A stretch of DNA of 64,000 bases from Octopus sinensis (GCF_006345805.1 NC_043000.1:151156001-151220000); one strand, 5' to 3'; shown: positions 25,811 through 40,042, numbered from the stretch's first letter. Made by a program: numbers and translations. The notes: generated from the letters alone by a model not told the origin.

Positions 25811-26178
25811 CTCGACGCAATCAAGGAGATCATGTGCAACTGAAACCTGAGAGTCTTTTTGGTCGGCTGAAAACAGTTTCGGCACAAGCTTGGCAGACAC
25901 GCATCTCATACCCAAATCTTCAGTGAGAATGGGCTGAACTGAACCGTAACTACTCTGTATATCCTCTGATAACTCACGGATAGTGATTCGACGATATCCC
26001 CTCACAGCTGCAGGCACATCTGCGATGTTTTTCTCAGTTCTGCTTATTGCGGGTCACCCAGAATGTTCATCAATATCAGCAGAGTTTAAGATCAATCTGG
26101 TGTCAAGCGGCTTTACTCTACGTGCTTTAGCTTCGTTACTATATCCGCAGTCCGGATACTTATTGATCAGACATCTTA
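25808..26178 (-). mobile_element. Mariner relic: 5' TIR plus internally deleted N-terminal transposase (HTH region)
   Basis: TIR-like end TCTGATCAATAAGTATCCGGACT; translation EHSG*PAISRTEKNI..RRITIRELSEDIQSSYGSVQPILTEDLGMRCVSAKLVPKLF (mariner HTH and WVP-like linker). Confidence 0.8.
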
Positions 26179-27564
26179 TGTATGTATGTATATACATAAG
26201 GGGAAAAAAGCCAAGATAGAAAATGCTAATATAATTTTATAAAAAACATTTCAGTACCGGTTTCAGTTATTGAGACTTTTTCAACTGTAAGCATGAAAAA
26301 CAATTGAATTTGGGAAAAATTAAAAGAAATGTTTCCTATAAGAATATTTACATAGTGTTCAAATACAAGTGGCATTTTCCTTGTTTCTGCCTGTTTCTGT
26401 GTCTCTTGTTTACTCTTGAGGGTTCGAACCCTGAAGAGTAAACAAGAGACACAGAAAATCCTAGTTTATCCAGATTCTCCTTTAAGCACAACAGTATTTA
26501 TGTATGTATGTATGTATGTATGTATGTATGTATGTATGTATGTATGTATAGTGACAGAGACACACGCGCACACACACACTCACACATACACGAGCAATCT
26601 TATGTAAACATGTACATACACCTAATTACGTATGCTTTTCTATACGAATAAATCAACGTAACAACTTTACATTTCTCTCATTCTGTAATGTTCATACAAA
26701 ATAATTTCTGACTTTATGACACTATATTTAATTAATTCTTGAGCTGAGTTTTTTGCCTGTCTTTTAATTTTTTTTTTCAAGCATATTAAACCTGAGACTG
26801 TATTATCTAATGTGATTTTTTAATTGAAGCTGACTGGGTCGCCTAATAAGGATTTTATTTACTATTTCTATCACGCCGAGCGGTTACATAGAGACTGCCT
26901 TTTTGGCTGACTGGGTGTATCACTGTTGACTTTTCCTAAGGAGATACTTGACCATATTTTCATATTTGAAAAACTCGCATCTGTTATATGTGTGTACTGG
27001 TGCTTGTACGTTTATGGGATTTTGTAAATTTTCAAAATTTCTCCTTCCGCCAATCCTGAAACTGTATTTCTATATTCGCTTAAATGAAGTAATAATTGAT
27101 TGAATACACAATTTTAGATATGTAATGATACCCCTTGAAGATAAAATGTATTGATTTCTTTGCATTATATTGATTTCTTATCAGGCATTCGTTTCTCTCA
27201 ATTCTGATATTTATTTTATCGATTTTGGATGGATATATGTGAGATTCGAACTCATAACATAACCAAATATTGATTTGTAACATTGACACAAGGTTTACAT
27301 TTGGACGGGTAGAAATAGTCGATGAAATTGATCTCGGTATTTGACAGGTAGTTATTTTATCGAAACCGTCAAGATGACAGGCTAAGTCACCTGAGAGATT
27401 CGATCTCGGGATAAAAAGCATTTTGTCAAGTCATCCACCGATTATTCAAAATCCATGATAAATAGTAATGTTTAACTTTGGCACAAAACGGCACAAAGTT
27501 ACAAAGTCTCATATTCATAGAGGATCATAAAGATTATCGAATACCGATTCCTTTCTAAATACGC

Positions 27565-27715
27565 TACCGATATAAGTGAACGGAAATTCCGGTTCAACCG
27601 GAATTCGGATCCGAGTAACATATTCGACTCTCCGGTATTCAAGTTTAGTTTACTGCGTTCTCATGCAAAAACAATAAAATTGCTTAACGAACAACAATGG
27701 CCGCCTAGATTGAAT
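27565..27715. promoter_or_regulatory. CpG-rich, palindrome-dense segment; candidate promoter
   Basis: Perfect inverted repeat AATTCCGGTT-C-AACCGGAATT (27585-27605), palindrome TCGGATCCGA, ETS-like CCGGAA cores, YY1-like CAATGGCCGCC; motif evidence only. Confidence 0.3.
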
Positions 27716-27936
27716 TACAAAATACGTTGTTGTCACATTGAAATCATTGATTACATTCTGTCATCATTCGTATGGAATATGAGCACAATAATACTTATCC
27801 GTAATAAAGTGTGCGATTTTATTTAGCAGATGAGAGGACAGCAGTTAGGGTGTTGTTGTTGGCACTGCAGCGGTGCAGGGGTGCAGTTCATGTGGCTGTA
27901 TGCAGGATCACAGTCTAAATCTATGAAATACTAGAG

Positions 27937-28137
27937 CAGTGGTTTTCAACCAGGGTTCCGCCAGTACAGTCCAGGGGTTCCGCAAGAAGTTACAAAACTG
28001 CTAAAATCGGCAGTAATTTTTAATTCTCCTGTGCAGATATGTGTGCATAAGACTATTAAATTATTGCACAGGGGTTCCTCGAGCCAGTGGAATGTTTCCT
28101 TGGGGTTTCGCTCCAGCAAAAAGTTTGAAAAGCACTG
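27937..28137. mobile_element. hAT (Charlie-like) MITE
   Basis: TIRs CAGTGGTTTTCAAC / GTTTGAAAAGCACTG; 8-bp TSD TACTAGAG / TACTAGAA (7 of 8 match). Confidence 0.85.
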
Positions 28138-28789
28138 TACTAGAACAACACTGAAAATGCTAAGCATTTATAGACAATAGCTTCAGTATACAATTTCAAA
28201 AATATTTCTACACATTACAACTTGTGAAATAAATCAAATTAATAATTATATCAACAATAATCTTTAAAAAGTTGGGATTATTCAGAAGAGAGAATGTTAT
28301 TTATTTTTTTAGAATTTTTTTCAAACGTCAATATGTTATTTACTGAATTTTTATAATTATATATATATTTTTTTATTATTGTCAGAATTTCATCCAAGGA
28401 ATTGAGTTTATTCAGGTTTGTTTTTAGTTCCTATTTGGTTTTTTATTGGAAAATATAAAGAGAAGATTTTTACTATATCTCTTTGAGCCATCGAACGGAC
28501 ATGTGCAAAGAGAGTTGGGATAATTGGATAGTACTTCCTCTATCCATGTGTTCGTCCATTAAACGCACGCATGTACATTATTTGCTAACTTTTCTACACA
28601 CGCGCGGACACACATACACACTATCCGCGCACGCATACACGCACACACAGAGAGAAGGGAGAGAGAGAAAGAAATACACACACGTGAATAAGTTAACTGA
28701 CGAATAAATATATATGCACTTAGTAAAAAATGGCTTAAAGGTGAAATTTTTCTTTTAACACTTCAACTTTTTCCACCAAAGAACCCATT

Positions 28790-28846
28790 GATATATATAT
28801 ATATATATATATACTAATATATAACATATATATATATATATATATA

Positions 28847-28890
<44 letters not shown>

Positions 28891-28932
28891 TAGATAGATA
28901 GATAGATATAACACACATATCTGTATTATATA

Positions 28933-28976
<44 letters not shown>

Positions 28977-29010
28977 CATATATATACATATATATACAAT
29001 ATATATATAT

Positions 29011-29047
<37 letters not shown>

Positions 29048-29065
29048 CATATATATATATATAAC
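28790..29065. repeat. Interrupted (TA)n array
   Basis: Read directly from the sequence. Confidence 0.9.
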
Positions 29066-29539
29066 AATATATATATGTGTGTTATATCTATATAGATATA
29101 TGTGTGTATTTATTAGTAGGTTTATATATGTATATATAGTGTCTTTATCTATCTATAGATATATATATAATCCCTCCCCTCCCTCTAGATTTATATATGA
29201 ATACATACATTCATACATACAAATATACATATATATGTATGTGTATGTGTACATATGTCCCTCATCTTCCTCTATATGTATGTGTGTGTGTATAGTATGT
29301 GGTATGCCCTCCTCAGAAAGATGCAAAACAAAAAAAGCCAATTAGATGGGTAGGGTATTAATCAGACTTGCTGCTGCCAGTACTAACTCAGCCACTCTCA
29401 GTAACGCATATAATTGATATCTATAGATTCTGACATCTTCCCCAGACCAATAATACAGAGTGGTTCGAAGTAAGCGGAATGAAGTAGTTCCAATTATATC
29501 GAAACGGGATTACAATCTTTATGAGCCTTCCACCATATC

Positions 29540-29760
29540 ACAATACTTCGTGCGTAATGAGAAACGAAACGAAACCGGAACTGGCATCTGCACTCTCCTT
29601 CCTTTGACCTTGACCTAGAAACGAAGATGGTGATGTCGGCGGATCTTCATTACTAAATCAACTCGTTTGACCTCGAGCCTTAGGTAATCTTACTTCCCAC
29701 CAGTGCCATACAATGTCGGAAATTAACCGGAACCAGAAGTCACCATCTAGAATTCACTGA
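29540..29760. promoter_or_regulatory. CpG-enriched segment with ETS-like and nuclear-receptor-like motifs; candidate promoter or first exon
   Basis: AACCGGAAC twice, TGACCTTGACCT direct repeat, and on the minus strand ATGGCACTGGTGGGAA|GTAAGA (possible start codon plus splice donor); motif evidence only. Confidence 0.28.
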
Positions 29761-30001
29761 CACTTTAATTTATGGACATTTAATGGCCCATTGATATCAT
29801 TTTGTTTAGAAGAGTGAGTTTCATTTCGGACCTGTCCTTTGGGCATTGAGGAGACGTTTGGAACGAACTGGGGTTTCTTTATTTCCTGATAACGCAGCGT
29901 TCAATATTAAGATTCCGGTTTTCTTCTTCTCTCTCATTCTTTTTCTAATTCTTTCTTTTTTTTTTCTAACTTCCTTTTTATTTTTCCCATTTCTCTCACT
30001 T

Positions 30002-30410
<409 letters not shown>

Positions 30411-31531
30411 CAATGTTTCTGTCTGTTTGTATATCTGTTTGTCTATCTGACTGCCTGTCTGTCAGTTTGTCTATGTATCTATCCATGTCATACTCTTTGT
30501 TATTCAGTTATCTACTTTCTGTCTGTCTTTCCTCCTACTTTCTCTATACCCCCACTCTCATTATCTCTCCTATTTCCCTCTCACCATCTCCCTCCCTCAC
30601 CCCTCACTCCCTCATTCCTTCCGTCTCTTCTCCTTTTATTTTTCTCCGTCTTAACCCTCATCCTCTGTGACATCTGGTTAGCAGTGTCTATGTATTTTGA
30701 TTGTGAATTTTAACTTTGTTTCATCATTTGGATTAATTTCTGACAATTCCTACAAGAAAAATGAAAACAGAATAAAAACAGTAACCTTCCCTAAATGGAA
30801 CCATTTCTTTTTCATCTTCTGCCTGCAGGACAACAGTGTGGTTGTGTGAGAAGCGGTAGCGGTTGCAATCATATGTCTATATTCCTGCACTTCTTAGCTC
30901 ACAGTCAAGTCGCACATATGTCGTCTATATATACTTTGCAGGTTTTAGACAGCATGCCAAGCAACTGCAGTCACATGTCATACATTCACGTGGTACCCTC
31001 AGGCTGCGCTGAATCTCATACACACATAGACATACATCTGTGTACTCGTGTTTATGTATGCAGCACACCTAACAATCGCAGACAAACGGGTGTTTGATCT
31101 TCACACGTGTTCGAAGCTTAATCCTTTTCTTTTAAAATAAACACGGGTCGTTATGGTACAGAATTTCAAAACATTAGCTGTTTTCAAAACGCTTATCTAA
31201 TCTTAAGGATTATAAATTCAATAGAAAAAAAAAAAGCTTATCGTTAAGTATTGAGATATTTCATTGACCAAATTGTTGACTTTTTCCAGTAAGGATCATA
31301 GCATATCAGAGTTCAATTATGGTAAGCTGAGAAAAGTTTTTGCCAACTCGGGATTACGTAAGTGCATTGTAGTTGTATAAACATACTCAGATGTGTCTAA
31401 TTGTTTTTAGTGCATTAAAAAAAGGTATGATCTATCTAATTTAGGATTCGTTTGGAATTCACTGTTAGACTAAAAATTGCTCGGTTACTAGAAAGGTAAG
31501 GATATGCACGTCTGGTTAATCGTGTAATAGT

Positions 31532-31791
31532 TTATCTTTTATTTGTTCCAATCACTGGACTGCGGCCATAGACAGCGTCTTGAATGGTTTAGTCTAATAA
31601 ACCGACCTCATACTTTTTTTGTTAAGTCTGGTACTTGTTCTATTGGTTTCTTTTACCGAACCGCTAAGTTATGGGGACGTAAATAAACCAACACCGGTTG
31701 CCAAGCGGTGGTGGGGGCCAAATACAAACACACAGACACACACGCACACAAACGTACATACATACATACATATACAAATAAACACATATGT

Positions 31792-31824
<33 letters not shown>

Positions 31825-31926
31825 TATATATACACATACATGCAATATGTATGTTTATTTTATTCTTTCGCTTGTTTCGGTCATTAGACTGTCACCATGC
31901 TGGAGCACCGCCTAGATGAGTGTGTA

Positions 31927-31970
<44 letters not shown>

Positions 31971-32174
31971 CATACATACATACATATACATACATATACA
32001 TATATATACACATACATACACATACATACACATACATATACATACATGCATACATCCATGCATGGATGCATACATACATACATACATACATACATACATA
32101 CATACATACATACATACATACATTACATGCATGCATGCATACATAATACATACATACATACATACATACATACA

Positions 32175-32208
<34 letters not shown>

Positions 32209-32328
32209 CATATGAGACGGGGCTTCGACTCGGAGCTCTAGCTGAAGACACTTGCCTTAAATGCTGCGCAATGGGACTGAACCCGAAACCATGAGCTTGT
32301 TAAGCGACCTTCTTAACCACACAGCTAT
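31532..32328 (-). mobile_element. SINE family B composite (tail/body, second tail fragment at 31857-31915, expanded microsatellite, head)
   Basis: Tail at 31532-31740, second tail piece CCATGCTGGAGCACCGCC, head at 32215-32328. Confidence 0.7.
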
Positions 32329-33093
32329 AACTCTAATAGTTATGCATATTTTTGAGTAAAACTGTAATCTCTACTTATTTAGTAACTCATGCTTAATTAA
32401 GTATTCATTATTCTCCTTATCAGAGTTCGCTTCTTCATTTTCAACATGTGTTCTTCTTCATAAACCATATTTATCAGAACGGCTTATTAAATAATGTTCC
32501 ATCGAAAATCGAACACAAAATGATTTTTCCTCAGAAACTGCTATCAGATCGAATTTAACAGCGTGTTAAAGATACATCTCAATGAATATCGCAATGAAAG
32601 AAGAGAATTAAAAAAAAACAAGAAGAACAAACATTTATTCTAATAAAATATAATCACAAGAATTTGCGGAAACCGGTTGTGGTGTGCATTGGTAATACTC
32701 AATAATATGAAACCAAATTTATGGTTTTCATGGGAGAGAAAACTAAGGTATCGCTAATATTTTTTACTCTGTAGATATTAGTCGATATCTATCTAGAATG
32801 GAAGACTGAAGAATATAATTTGTCACATCCATGAAATAAATTATGATAAGGAAAATGGCCTGGATAAGACTGCTTTAATTACCAGGAAATTCAGAGATTG
32901 CAGTGCATTATTAAGACTGTAATTATGCAAAAATGTATATCGTATCAGCGAAGGAAATAAAACGCGTAGAAATTTATTCATACGTGGATGGTGAGATAAT
33001 TTGGAAAGTGAACTAATCAAACCTGAATGTACTAGGAAAATATATGAAAATATTACACTACGAGTTTTATATTTTATATATATACATATATAT

Positions 33094-33166
<73 letters not shown>

Positions 33167-33185
33167 TATATATATAATATATATC

Positions 33186-33235
<50 letters not shown>

Positions 33236-33251
33236 CATATCTACCTATCTA

Positions 33252-33291
<40 letters not shown>

Positions 33292-33342
33292 CATATTTAT
33301 ATATACATATATATACATATATTATATATATATACATATCTA

Positions 33343-33415
<73 letters not shown>

Positions 33416-33430
33416 CATATATATATATAA

Positions 33431-33866
33431 TCTTTTATCGTTTGCTTGTTTCAGACATTAGACTGCAGCAATGCTAGGACACCACCGCCTTGAAGAATTT
33501 TCAGCCGAACGTATCGACTCCAGTTCTTGCTTTTCATAAGCCTTGCACTTATTCTATCACTCTTTTTTGCCGAACAGCTAAGTGACGGGGGACGTAAACA
33601 CACCTACATCGGTTGTCAAGCGGTGGTGAAGGACAAACACAGACAGAAAGATGCGCTCGCGCGCGCACACAATCACACATGCACACACACACTTGCATGT
33701 GTATATATACGATGCGCTGCTTTCAGCTTCAGACTATCAAATCCACCCACAAGGCTTTGGTCGGCCCGAGGCTACAGTAGGAGACAATTAGGCCAGGATG
33801 TCACGCAGTGGGATTGAACCCGGAACCATGTGGCTGCGAAGCAAGTTCTTACCACAGCCATACATG
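33431..33866 (-). mobile_element. SINE family B between (TA)n arrays
   Basis: Tail, body, core and head all recognisable; TA arrays on both sides. Confidence 0.85.
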
Positions 33867-33874
33867 CATCTATA

Positions 33875-33965
<91 letters not shown>

Positions 33966-34003
33966 CATATACATATATTATATTACATATACAGATATAT
34001 AAT

Positions 34004-34034
<31 letters not shown>

Positions 34035-34675
34035 TTGTATGTATATATATATTCGTATTTTTTGCTGAATACTACATATGAAAGTAATCAACTTCAATCG
34101 TGTACACGCGCATGTGTGTTACACTTACACTGCAAGAGACTCGAACATATGTGTGCATGTGTGAATGTTTTTATGTACGAATTATTTCGATGAATTGCGA
34201 TATAAGTTTAATTTAAAATAACATCGTCATATAAAGCTACCAGCTCTACTCATTGAAATCTTATAAAATGCAGAGAACTTGCAATGCAATTAAGACTGGT
34301 GTCGACTCTATTATAATGGAAGTCTGAAGTCGTCGATTTGTGGAGTATTTTGGATATTTTTTATATTTAATGTTTGACAAAGACGACATGTTGAGCATAA
34401 GAAAATGAAAATTGATAAGGAAAATAATGAATACTTAATTAAGCAAGAATCTTTAGGTAAGCAGAGATTAGAGTCTTGCTCAAATACATACAAATATATA
34501 TATAAAAAAAAATAAGTATAAAAAAATAAAGCAACAAAATAACATTAACAGATCTATGCTTTATTATCTATTCGGTCACCGAACGTATTTTAAGGACAAG
34601 AATTAAAGCATATATATTTGATAAGAAAAGGATTAACACGAACCTGAACTGGATGTAATTTTTTTGTATTAGATA

Positions 34676-35076
34676 CTAGCAGTATCGCCCGGCGTTGCTC
34701 GGGTTTGTAAGGGAAATAACTATATAAGCATTTTTAGAGAGTTATAGCCAAAAAGTAGCAAAAAATGCATTAAAAATGGAAAAAAAATGATGGTAAATTT
34801 TTTTTTAAATCGTTGACTCATCGTAGACATTTTTAGAGAGTTACTTCCCTTATATAATAGCGAAAAAATGCATTAAAATGGAAAAAAATGATGGTAAATT
34901 TTTTTTTAAATCGTAGACTCATCGTAGACGCGCGCTAATACCCAGAAGGGCTCGATATGAATCACGACTATAAGATACCCGATTTTGGTTAAACTGCACC
35001 GCAAAATGTGGGAGTAGTTAGGAATCTAAATCGTAGGAGACAGACACTCACACAACTTCACTTTTATATATAAAGA
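34676..35076 (-). mobile_element. Non-autonomous Helitron
   Basis: 5' TC, 3' hairpin plus CTAG, A|T insertion site, no TSD; internal duplicated unit of about 100 bp. Confidence 0.9.
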
Positions 35077-35266
35077 TGATTGTACATTAGCAGACAAACA
35101 TTTATACCCAGTATGAGAGTGGAAGGGAAAAACCAAACCTAAATCAGTGTAGCTAATCTGATAGCACTTTCCTTGGGGTCTAAGAGATTTGTGGTTCTAT
35201 TATTGTCAGGGGACAGGTTATTCTTTTACTATTTCAAATTATTTACAAAGATACAATTATTTACAA

Positions 35267-35437
35267 GGTGCAGGAGTGGCTGTGTGGTAAGTAGCTTGCT
35301 AAACAACCACATGGTTCCGGGTTCAGTCCCACTGCGTGGCATCTTGGCCAAGTGTCTTCTGCTATGGCCCCGGGCCGGCCAATGCCTTGTGAGTGGATTT
35401 GGTAGACGGAAACTGAAAGAAGCCTGTCGTATATATG

Positions 35438-35474
<37 letters not shown>

Positions 35475-35686
35475 TTGTGTGTCTGTGTTTGTCCTCCTAG
35501 CATTGCTTGACAACCGATGCTGGTGTGTTTACGTCCCCGTCACTTAGCTGTTCGGCAAAAGAGACCGATAGAATAAGTACTGGGCTTACAAAGAATAAGT
35601 CCCGGGGTCGATTTGCTCGACTAAAGGCGGTGCTCCAGCATGGCCGCAGTCAAATGACTGAAACAAGTAAAAGAGTAAAAAGAGTA
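35267..35686 (+). mobile_element. SINE family B, full length
   Basis: Near-identical to the 16693 and 17782 copies; tail (TAAAAGAG)2. Confidence 0.92.
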
Positions 35687-36384
35687 TACGATGCAAGATA
35701 TTTTCGGTCATACTTGAAAGTAAGGTAGACAAGTAATCCTGATACTTTGCAGAACTATGTAGTCGATGAAATCCAATGAAACAGATGATAAATATTGTCC
35801 ACATTATTTAAGTATTGAGTTGTCAAATAAATTCGTTGTTTTCGTTATATGTCTGAAAAGAGGTAAAATTTATTTCAATTTCAAAAAAGATAAACAAAAG
35901 TTATAGAAGAAGAATATGGCTACAAAAATCCATAAAACACTACGATAAACAAAAAACCCCAACATTTTTTCGTGTTAATTCGAATATCATTGGGAAGGAT
36001 TTGAATAAACGGGTGGTGGTGGTGGTAGTGGTAAATCACATTCTGAAGGTAAGAGTTCAATACATGGGAAAAGATCTTTCCAGGTAATTGTAGCTGCAGT
36101 TTAGCCCACGTATCCACAATGATTCAATAATCAAACGCATTCAAGCCATAACCATTTCATTTATTCGGTTTTTATTTTCAGGAAAAGTTTATCCCACACC
36201 ATATGATTTATGTGTGTTGTTTTGAGAAGTTGTGTTGTAGATTAGAGAAGATTGGTTGCTATTTCTAGCTCATCAAGGGACATAGTGAAGTTTCATTATT
36301 AGTTTACTAGTATTATTTTCTCCCTTCAAATGAGAGAAACATAATTTGATTTCATCATTGGATTCCTTCTTTGTATATTATATA

Positions 36385-36783
36385 CTAGCAGTATCGCCCG
36401 GCGTTGATCGGGTTTGTAAGAGAAATAACTATATAAGCATTTTTAGAGAGTTATAGCCAAAAAATAGCAAAAAAATGCATTAAAAATGGAAACAAAATGA
36501 TGGTATTTTTTTTTAAATCGTTGACTCATCGTAGACATTTTTAGAGAGTTACTTCCCTTATATAATAGCGAAAAAATGCATTAAAATGGAAAAAAATGAT
36601 GGTAAATTTTTTAAAAATCGTACACTCATCGTAGACGCGCGCTAATACCCAGAAGGGCTCGATATGAATCACGACTATAAGATACCCGGTTTTGGTTAAA
36701 CTGCACCGCAAAATGTGGGAGTAGTTAGGAATCTAAATCGTAGGAGACAGACACTCACACAACTTCACTTTTATATATAAAGA
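36385..36783 (-). mobile_element. Non-autonomous Helitron
   Basis: Near-identical to 34676-35076 but with different flanks. Confidence 0.9.
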
Positions 36784-36908
36784 TATTTAATTTTGATTTT
36801 AATCACCTTATTTTGAAACTGTATGGATAATACCGTACTAAATTTTGGTGCCTCAACCTAAGTACCTAATTCATCTGTATGTAATGTATGTATGTATATA
36901 TATATATA

Positions 36909-37064
36909 TGTTTGTGGTAAGAAGCTTGCTTCCCAACCACTGCATGGCATTTTGTTTCACTGCATGGCACTTTGGGCAAATGTCTTCTACTATGGCCTCG
37001 GGTCGACCAAAGCCTTTTAGTGGATTTCGCATACATATGAATATATATATATATATATATATGT

Positions 37065-37133
<69 letters not shown>

Positions 37134-37440
37134 ATATGTATACATATATATATGTGTATGTGATTGTGTGTGTGTGTGTATTTTTATGTGTGTGTGACTT
37201 TGTATGGTCACACACCTCACACATGCAGTCTGAAACTGGTGTTGTGTTTTGCTCCAGTTATGTCCCGAGTTGTTCGATGATTAGGGTCGATAAAATGAAT
37301 ACTACCTGACCGAAATCTTTTAGAGAAAATAATTTTAATTATCATAGCGTTGAAAGTGAATTGAAGCAAAGAATGTATTTCATAGAAGTGCAAGGATGTG
37401 CTCCATTATGGCCATACTCCAATGAGTGAAACCAGTAAAA
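36909..37440 (+). mobile_element. SINE family B, degraded, with expanded (TA)/(TG)n
   Basis: Head and core at 36909-37028; tail remnant GTGCTCCATTATGGCC..TGAAACCAGTAAAA at about 37395-37440. Confidence 0.6.
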
Positions 37441-38002
37441 AAAATATGCTTGTGTGCGCGCGCGTGTGTATGTATGTGTGTGTCTGTATGAATATGTGCG
37501 TTTGTGTGTGTGCGTTTGTTTGTGCGCCTGTACGTTATCTTATTAGCAACGCTTCTTTCAACCTTGTACCGTTAAAGAGACGGCCATAATGACAATTTTA
37601 ATATTAATATTCAGGTTTTCTAAACCTCTGATATACTCTCTTTATACTTAATGGCAGATTAAGAATAATGTTATCAAGTCAATGAGGTATGCAACTTTTC
37701 AAATGTTTTGCACTCAATATTAATACTTTATTGAAAATCATGTATAATCTAAATGTATAATTGATGTTACATATACTACAAATAATCGAGCAATGTGTAC
37801 TATAATAATAAATCGAAGCAAAAATACATCGAATGTAGTTAAGTCTATGTCTTTCATTATGGTAACTCTACTAAAAAAAATTATATTTAAAGGTTTCTAA
37901 AGAGCCGAGATGTAATTGATTTTCGTGGAACATAATTACTTAAGTTATGAATTATATAATTCAAGGAATTTTATTAAACGTTTTATTACTACAAGTAACA
38001 AC

Positions 38003-38200
38003 AAATGATGATGATGATGATGATGAAGATGATGATGAAGATGATGGTGATGGTGATGGTGATGATGACGATGATGATGATGATGATGATGTTGATGGTG
38101 ATGATGACGATGATGATGATGGTGATGGTGATGGTGATGATGATGATGATGATGATGATGGTGGTGATGATGATGATGATGATGATGATGATGGTGATGG

Positions 38201-38248
<48 letters not shown>

Positions 38249-38575
38249 CGCTGTCGACGACGGCGACGACGACCACTATGGGGATAACAGCGATGAGGAA
38301 GATGATGAAGATGATGAAGAGGAAGACGGGGATCATCGTCATCGTCATCATCATCATCATCATCATAATTATCAACGTCATTAACCTCCTCTTCGTTTTC
38401 GTCATCATCATCATCATCATCATCATCGTCAACATCATTATTCATCTCCTTATCTCATCTCCTCCCCCTCCTCCTCATTATCACCATCGTCATCGTCGTC
38501 ATCGTCGTCGTCATCATCGTCGTCATCATCATCATCATCACCATCATCATCATCGTCATCATCATCTTCATCATA
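38003..38575. repeat. (GAT)n array followed by the opposite-strand (CAT)n array
   Basis: Read directly; source of the poly-D, poly-H and poly-M ORFs. Confidence 0.95.
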
Positions 38576-39430
38576 GTTCATAGTGAAGTGCAATGGTGCC
38601 ATGAAGGAAAAGTACACTCCATTTGATAGGTATTGTGTTCACAGCTTGTTGTTTATGTTATGATCTATTTATCTTTGAACGAAACATTTTATTCTACTCC
38701 CCAATGGAAACGATAAAAAGAAAACAAAATGGAATTATTATCGCGTTTAAAGTGTGTAGCAACAAAGAATGTTTAAAATTAGGAATTCAAGTTGAGTTGC
38801 CTACTTAATTTATACTAATAGTGTATTTCGTAGCTGTGCAACAAATAAAATCAAGCAATAGATAATTCCTTTCAGCTGAGTTGAAAATATGCAAGTAATA
38901 AAAACAGTTTTGTAGTTCTAACATTTTAGGGACTTTAATCAGTTTCCATGGTAGGAACCGTACACTGACAGTCGAAATAACATTACTGTTCTTTATATCA
39001 CCAACATCATCATTAATTAGTTTGGTGGTAAATTATCTCTCTACAGATAAGAGAACCTTTGAACCTTTCATTCCCATGGGTATTAGAGAAGGAAGTTAAG
39101 TAAACCACATTTTACAAATAGCAGCCGAGTTTCAAACTAGAAGCCCTCTTGTCAATTCAAATCCCTTATGATTTCTTAATTTAGACGCTACATATTAACA
39201 AGGAAGTATGGGTGACAAATGAAACTATGACGTTTGTGATTTTCTCAAGATTATTAAAAGACATGGAAGTAAATGACTCCGATAAGGAATTGAAACAATA
39301 GTCGACTCAACGTGTTCCAATAATGGTTTGGGGCTTCATAAGAGAGTACAAAACCAAGGCTTTTTGTGGGGAAGCATTCGCGATTCAGTCGACCTTCCAA
39401 TGCATGGTTGGTATCTACTTTATCGACTCA

Positions 39431-39738
39431 GGCGAACGCGCGTGGTTAGGGCATACGGCTCACAATCGTGAGTTCAATTCCCGGTGGCATATCGAGTCCT
39501 TGAGCAAAACCCTTTATTTCACGTTGATCCAATTCATTCACCTAGCAAAAATGAGTAGCACATATATATTTAAAAGACCAGCCTTGTCACATTCTGTGTA
39601 ACGCTGAACCTCCCCGAGAACTACGTTAAGGGTACGCGTGTCTGTGGAGTGCTCGGTCATTTGCATGTTAATTTCACGAGCTGGTTGTTCTGTTGATCGG
39701 TTTAACTGAAACACTCGTCGTCGTAACCGACGGAGTGT
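39431..39738 (+). mobile_element. Old SINE with a family A-type 3' tail but a different head and core
   Basis: 3' roughly 170 nt align with family A (CCAGCCTTGTCAC..GAGAACTACGTTAAGGGTAC..CGTCGTAACCGACGGAGTG); 5' part carries TCCTTGAGCAAAACCCTTTATTTCACGTTG, absent from family A. Confidence 0.75.
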
Positions 39739-40042
39739 CAGTTCGTTTTTATTAATTCGGAGGGAAAGAAGGGCAAAATCTACTTGAGAATGATTTTGAA
39801 CTGAGAATGTAAATCTACATAACAAAATACGGCATCGCATTTCATCTGTTGCTCTACTGTTTCTGTCACTCAGCATCCCTAGTATATTTAAATAATCATT
39901 TCTAAAAAGCACATTATCATACATTTTGAGAAGGGGATATTCAGGTATATTCGCTTGACTTTCACTGGTATATTTTATCAACACTAAGATTAAAATTCTA
40001 AGTCGACCTCACCAGAATTTGAACCCAGAATATATATATATA

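Noticed and set aside
30795-31097. 100-aa ORF with a good upstream acceptor (CCTGCAG)
   Set aside because: No recognisable family and no supporting donor or partner exon; it may be a non-coding exon but cannot be supported.
32774-32990. Candidate plus-strand exon with an acceptor and a GTGAGA donor
   Set aside because: All three frames contain stops between the two sites.
34676-37028. Segmental duplication suggested by two Helitron-then-SINE B pairs
   Set aside because: Flanks and spacers differ and the two SINE copies differ in age; these are independent insertions.
37947-38583. Asp-rich or His-rich proteins (also 62285-62917 and 61723-62891)
   Set aside because: Pure trinucleotide arrays open in several frames on both strands, with no signal peptide or splice support.
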